DNA from: an uncultured delta proteobacterium
Lineage (GTDB): Bacteria > Desulfobacterota > Desulfobacteria > Desulfobacterales > JAFDCJ01
Direction: 5' to 3'
Assembly: GCA_963769935.1 (NCBI GenBank)
Contig: CAVYNY010000009.1
Span: 96,001-160,000, forward strand
DNA length: 64,000 nt
Below, in pieces: positions 60,217 through 64,000 of the stretch; the first letter of the stretch is position 1; each line of letters starts with the position of its first letter. The position numbers were made by a program, and so were the translations under genes. The notes below the pieces were generated by a model. It was not told where the DNA came from and did no database searches. It was given only the letters and a program-made list of their open reading frames with translations.

Positions 60217-60378
60217 AAATATCTGTTTCATCTCACGGCTGCCGTCGCGGTGCTAAGTGCCGGACTGCTGCCGCAGCCGGCAACCGACCGGAATTGGAGA
60301 ATTAAACCTTCGCCAAAACCGATTTCAATCCCCAGACAACACATCCCACACAATCGCTTCAGAAGAAAGGAGGAGGTT

Positions 60379-61974
60379 ATGATCATCAGAATTTTTAAAA
60401 AGGCAGCGCTTATGGTTGGGCTGACGGCCGCCGCCGTATTGAGCTTCGGCGGTCAACCGGCCGTCGCCGAAACGGTCATCAGGGCCAATCTCGATTCTGC
60501 GCTCAAGCAGCTGGATCCCATTTGGACCACCGCTTACATCTCCCGCAGCCACGGCTTTATGGTCTATGATACCCTGTTCGGCCTGGACGAAAACTTCAAT
60601 GTCAAACCCCAGATGGTAGACACCTATACCATGAGCGACGACGGCATGACCTACACGTTTACCCTCAGAGACGGTTTGAAATGGCACGACGGCACGCCGG
60701 TGACCGCCAAGGATTGTGTCGCCTCCCTCAAGCGCTGGGGCGCCAAAGACGGCATGGGACAAAAATTGATGGCTGCCACCGCAACCCTTGAGACGGTCAA
60801 CGACAAAACCTTCAAACTGCAATTGAAAGAACCTTTCGGCATGGTTCTGCTGGCCCTGGCTAAAATCACCTCCAACGTGCCGTTTATGATGAAAGAGGAG
60901 CAGGCCATGACCCCGCCGGATGAGCAGATCAAGGATGTCATCGGTTCGGGTCCCTTCAAGTTCGTCAAGGAGGAATTCAAGCCCGGTGTTTCGGCAGTAT
61001 ATGTCAAAAACGAGGATTATGTTCCTCGCAAGGAACCGGCCAGCGGCACGGCCGGCGGTAAGGTCGTGAATGTGGATCGGGTGGAGTTTGTCTGGATTCC
61101 GGACACCAATACCCAGACCAATGCCCTGATTGCCGGCGAAATCGACTTTATCCAGGTGCCGCAAACCGACTTTCTGCCGAAACTGAAAGACGCCCCCGGC
61201 GTTAAGGTTGAAGTCTTTGACCCCCTCGGACTTCAAACCGTGATGCGATTAAACCACCTGCAGCCGCCGTTTGACAACCCGAAGGCGCGCCAGGCGGTCC
61301 TCTGGGCAACCAGTCAGAAGGATGATTTGCTGGCGGCCGTGGGCAATAATCCGGACCTGATGGACCCCTGCCCCTCGATGTATCCCTGCAAATCGCCGCT
61401 GGCTTCCGACGCGGGGTCCGAACCGCTCGTCAAGCAGGATTTCGACAAAGCCAAACAGCTGCTCAAAGAAGCAGGTTACAACAACGAGCCCATCGTCGTG
61501 CTGCATTGCACCGATGATTTCATTATCTCGAATCAGACCCTGGCCTCGGTCCAAAATCTGCGCAAGGCCGGATTCAACGTGAAGGTAGAGTCCATGAACT
61601 GGTCGACCCTGGTGTCCCGTCGCGCCAGCAAGAAGCCGGCCTCCGAAGGCGGCTGGCACATTTTCCAAACCTGGTTCAACGGTCCGGATTTCTTGAACCC
61701 GGTGGAGCACATTGCCATCGGTGCCGGCTGCGACAAGGCGTGGTTCGGCTGGCCCTGCGATGCGAAAATCGAAGAGCTGCGCACGGAATTCGGCCGCGAA
61801 CCCGATCCGGCAAAACAAAAACAACTTGCCCGCGAAATTCAGGAGCGGGCTTTTGAAGTTGTCACCTATGTACCCCTGGGCACCATTTTTTCACCGGTTG
61901 CCTATCGCGGTGATCGACTGACGGGGCTGATCAAATGCCCGGTGCCGCTGTTCTGGAATGTCAGCAAAAAGTAG
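60379..61974 (+). CDS. Peptide/nickel (Dpp/Opp-type) ABC transporter substrate-binding protein
   Basis: AGGAGG RBS, signal peptide, LDPIWTTAY, YTFTLRDGLKWHDG and IGSGPFK. Confidence 0.93.
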   Translation: MIIRIFKKAALMVGLTAAAVLSFGGQPAVAETVIRANLDSALKQLDPIWTTAYISRSHGFMVYDTLFGLDENFNVKPQMVDTYTMSDDGMTYTFTLRDGLKWHDGTPVTAKDCVASLKRWGAKDGMGQKLMAATATLETVNDKTFKLQLKEPFGMVLLALAKITSNVPFMMKEEQAMTPPDEQIKDVIGSGPFKFVKEEFKPGVSAVYVKNEDYVPRKEPASGTAGGKVVNVDRVEFVWIPDTNTQTNALIAGEIDFIQVPQTDFLPKLKDAPGVKVEVFDPLGLQTVMRLNHLQPPFDNPKARQAVLWATSQKDDLLAAVGNNPDLMDPCPSMYPCKSPLASDAGSEPLVKQDFDKAKQLLKEAGYNNEPIVVLHCTDDFIISNQTLASVQNLRKAGFNVKVESMNWSTLVSRRASKKPASEGGWHIFQTWFNGPDFLNPVEHIAIGAGCDKAWFGWPCDAKIEELRTEFGREPDPAKQKQLAREIQERAFEVVTYVPLGTIFSPVAYRGDRLTGLIKCPVPLFWNVSKK

Positions 61975-61988
61975 GAATTTAACCGACA

Positions 61989-62930
61989 ATGTGGCAATAC
62001 ACTGTCCGACGAATATTGGCTATCATCCCCGTGGCGGGGGTGATAGCCATCTTTGTCTTTTTGCTGCTGCACCTGGCTCCGGGGGACCCGGCGGCAATTA
62101 TTGCGGGCGATACGGCCATGCCCGAGGATATTGCCCGCATCCGCGTCAAGCTGGGCCTCGATGACCCCATTTACGTCCAGTTTGTGCGTTGGATGGGCCA
62201 GCTGCTGCACGGCGACCTGGGCATTTCCATCTACTCCGATATGCCGGTGACCACCCTGATCGGCCAGCGCATGGAAGCAACGCTCTGCCTGGCATCGGCC
62301 AGCATTATCATTGCCGTCTTCCTGGCGGTTCCCATGGGCATCCTGGCGGCCTGGAAAGCCGGTACCTGGATTGATTATGTGGTCATGATATTTGCGGTTT
62401 TCGGCTTTTCGGTCCCGGTTTTTGTCATCGGCTACCTGCTGATCTTCGGATTTTCCGTCCACCTGCACTGGTTTCCGGTCCAGGGGTTTGTCAGCATCAG
62501 AGAAGGCGTGTTGCCGTTTCTGCGCACCATCACCCTGCCGAGCCTGGCGTTGGGGCTGATCTATGCCGCCCTGATTGCCCGCATCACCCGGGCCAGCGTA
62601 CTGGAAATTCTGACCCAGGATTATATCCGCACCGCCCAGTCCAAAGGCCTGAATACTTATGCGATCCTGATTCGGCACACGCTGCGCAACGCCGCCATTC
62701 CCATCGTCACGATTATCGGCATCGGCATCGCCCTGTTGATCGGCGGCGTGGTGGTCACGGAGAGCGTGTTCAACATTAACGGCATCGGCAGGCTGGTTGT
62801 GGATGCCATTCTCTCCCGGGATTACCCCGTGATTCAGGGAATCATTCTCATGTCATCGGGTGTATACTTGGTGATTAATCTGATTGTCGATATATCGTAC
62901 CGGTTTTTCGATCCGAGGATTGAGTACTAG
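61989..62930 (+). CDS. Dpp/Opp-type ABC transporter permease (DppB-like)
   Basis: LHLAPGDPA, GDLGIS, DYIRTAQSKGL, RDYPVIQG and DPRI. Confidence 0.93.
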   Translation: MWQYTVRRILAIIPVAGVIAIFVFLLLHLAPGDPAAIIAGDTAMPEDIARIRVKLGLDDPIYVQFVRWMGQLLHGDLGISIYSDMPVTTLIGQRMEATLCLASASIIIAVFLAVPMGILAAWKAGTWIDYVVMIFAVFGFSVPVFVIGYLLIFGFSVHLHWFPVQGFVSIREGVLPFLRTITLPSLALGLIYAALIARITRASVLEILTQDYIRTAQSKGLNTYAILIRHTLRNAAIPIVTIIGIGIALLIGGVVVTESVFNINGIGRLVVDAILSRDYPVIQGIILMSSGVYLVINLIVDISYRFFDPRIEY

Positions 62931-62947
62931 TTGAGGTTTCAGTGTTC

Positions 62948-63172
62948 AGGTGTCAACCCAGCCGCCGGCCAAAACAACGGCCGGTCTGATCGAAAAAGAA
63001 ACATAATAGTTCACCGCAGAGCCCGCCGCCTCTGGCCCATAGGGCCTACGCCCCGGTGGGAGAACGCCGAGAAAGAAAAGTTAAATTAATCTCCGCGCTC
63101 TCTGCGCTCTCAGCGGTGAGACACTTCGTAAAAATGGCATCGAATTTAAGAAAGTTTCATATGAGGTGTCAG
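62948..63172 (+). repeat. 225-bp MITE/REP-like composite element, copy 2
   Basis: Near-identical to 31450-31674. Confidence 0.85.
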
Positions 63173-63179
63173 GCGGATA

Positions 63180-63530
63180 AAGGTTGTTAGTTTCTTGTGT
63201 TTATTGAGTTAAAATGTATAGAAGGTTAAAGGCCAAAGGAGAAAGGCTGGGAGGATGCGAGTTATGCGGCGCACGTCGCATGGCACATGGCTAAAAGTAT
63301 AGGGTATAAGGTATAAGGTGTAAAGTGTAAGGTTTGAGGTTTGAGGCAAAAAGAGAAAGGAAGAAATGCCGGTTCATTTCTTAGCTTCTTATTTTCTTAT
63401 CTTCTTCTCTTCTTTCCTTCTCAGCTTCTCAACTTCTTTCTTTGTCACCTTCTTTCCTTTCGAGCCTTCCAGCCACTTCGTCTCAGCCATGACCTATCGA
63501 CTATCAACTATGAACTATAAACTATGAACG
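63180..63530. repeat. Modular simple repeat array
   Basis: TAAGGT 7-mers, CTTCT 8-mers and CTATGAA 7-mers running into the next start codon. Confidence 0.7.
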
Positions 63531-64000
63531 ATGAACTATCGACGGCAGACGAAGTTGTAGCGGAACCCGCCAAAGCATGGGGGCAGCGTTGGTTTGAATT
63601 TTCGCGGCACAATCCCACCGTTGTCGGCGGTGCGGCCGTTTTAGTGGCCATGACGCTCCTGGCAGTGCTGGCTTCTTATATCGCTGTTGATCCGATTGAA
63701 ATCAACCCGATCGAGAGGCTGAGACCGCCGTCGCTCGAGCATCTGTTCGGCACGGACAACCTAGGTCGCGACATCTTCAGCCGAACGCTGTATGGCGGGC
63801 GGATCTCACTGACCGTCGGATTGAGCGTCGCCGTTTTAACCTCACTGATCGGCCTGTTTATCGGGCTGGTTTCCGGATACATCCGCGCCGTTGATGCCAT
63901 TATGATGCGGATTATGGACGGATTGATGGCCATTCCTGAAATTTTGCTGGCCATCTCGCTGATGGCCATCAGCAGTGCTTCCGTCAAAACTGTAATCATC
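63523..64000 (+). CDS. Dpp/Opp-type ABC transporter permease (DppC-like), partial
   Basis: Manual translation ...LRPPSLEHLFGTDNLGRDIFSRTLYGGRISL...MRIMDGLMAIP; runs off the window. Confidence 0.9.

Overview
This is chromosomal DNA that looks like an anaerobic Desulfobacterota (Desulfobacterales-like) genome; the taxonomy is inferred from gene content and repeat style. 1-14.1 kb holds two divergent sigma54-driven operons. Each has an anion transporter (TauE, frameshifted; or SLC13 with TrkA-C domains), a cytidylate-kinase-like protein, USP-like proteins and two-component genes, and the right operon also has three proteins sharing an A(V/I)TFAEAG motif. 14-19 kb has KtrAB/Trk, a GNAT, and a W/Mo aldehyde:ferredoxin oxidoreductase (AOR) with MoaD. 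19.5-21.5 kb is a decayed group II intron. A second partial copy at 31.9-32.9 kb carries dense, strongly C-biased (+ strand) substitutions. 22-39 kb is an uncharacterised catabolic cluster: IlvD/Edd dehydratase, ThDP enzyme, opine dehydrogenase, FAD oxidoreductase, Liv-type ABC transporter, CaiC-like ligase, crotonase and a racemase-like protein. 39-48 kb has MscL, an ADP-forming acyl-CoA synthetase, DUF4129/DUF58/MoxR and a second AOR. 48-54 kb has an AbiEii-like pair and a patch of gene and IS fragments with unannotated small proteins. 54-64 kb has BKACE, a frameshifted sensor kinase, a 3-hydroxyacyl-CoA dehydrogenase-like gene, an MFS transporter and a Dpp ABC transporter. Many intergenic spacers are filled with modular 7/8/9-nt simple repeats and nested palindromic elements. 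No rRNA, tRNA or CRISPR array was seen. Several frameshifts may be assembly errors.
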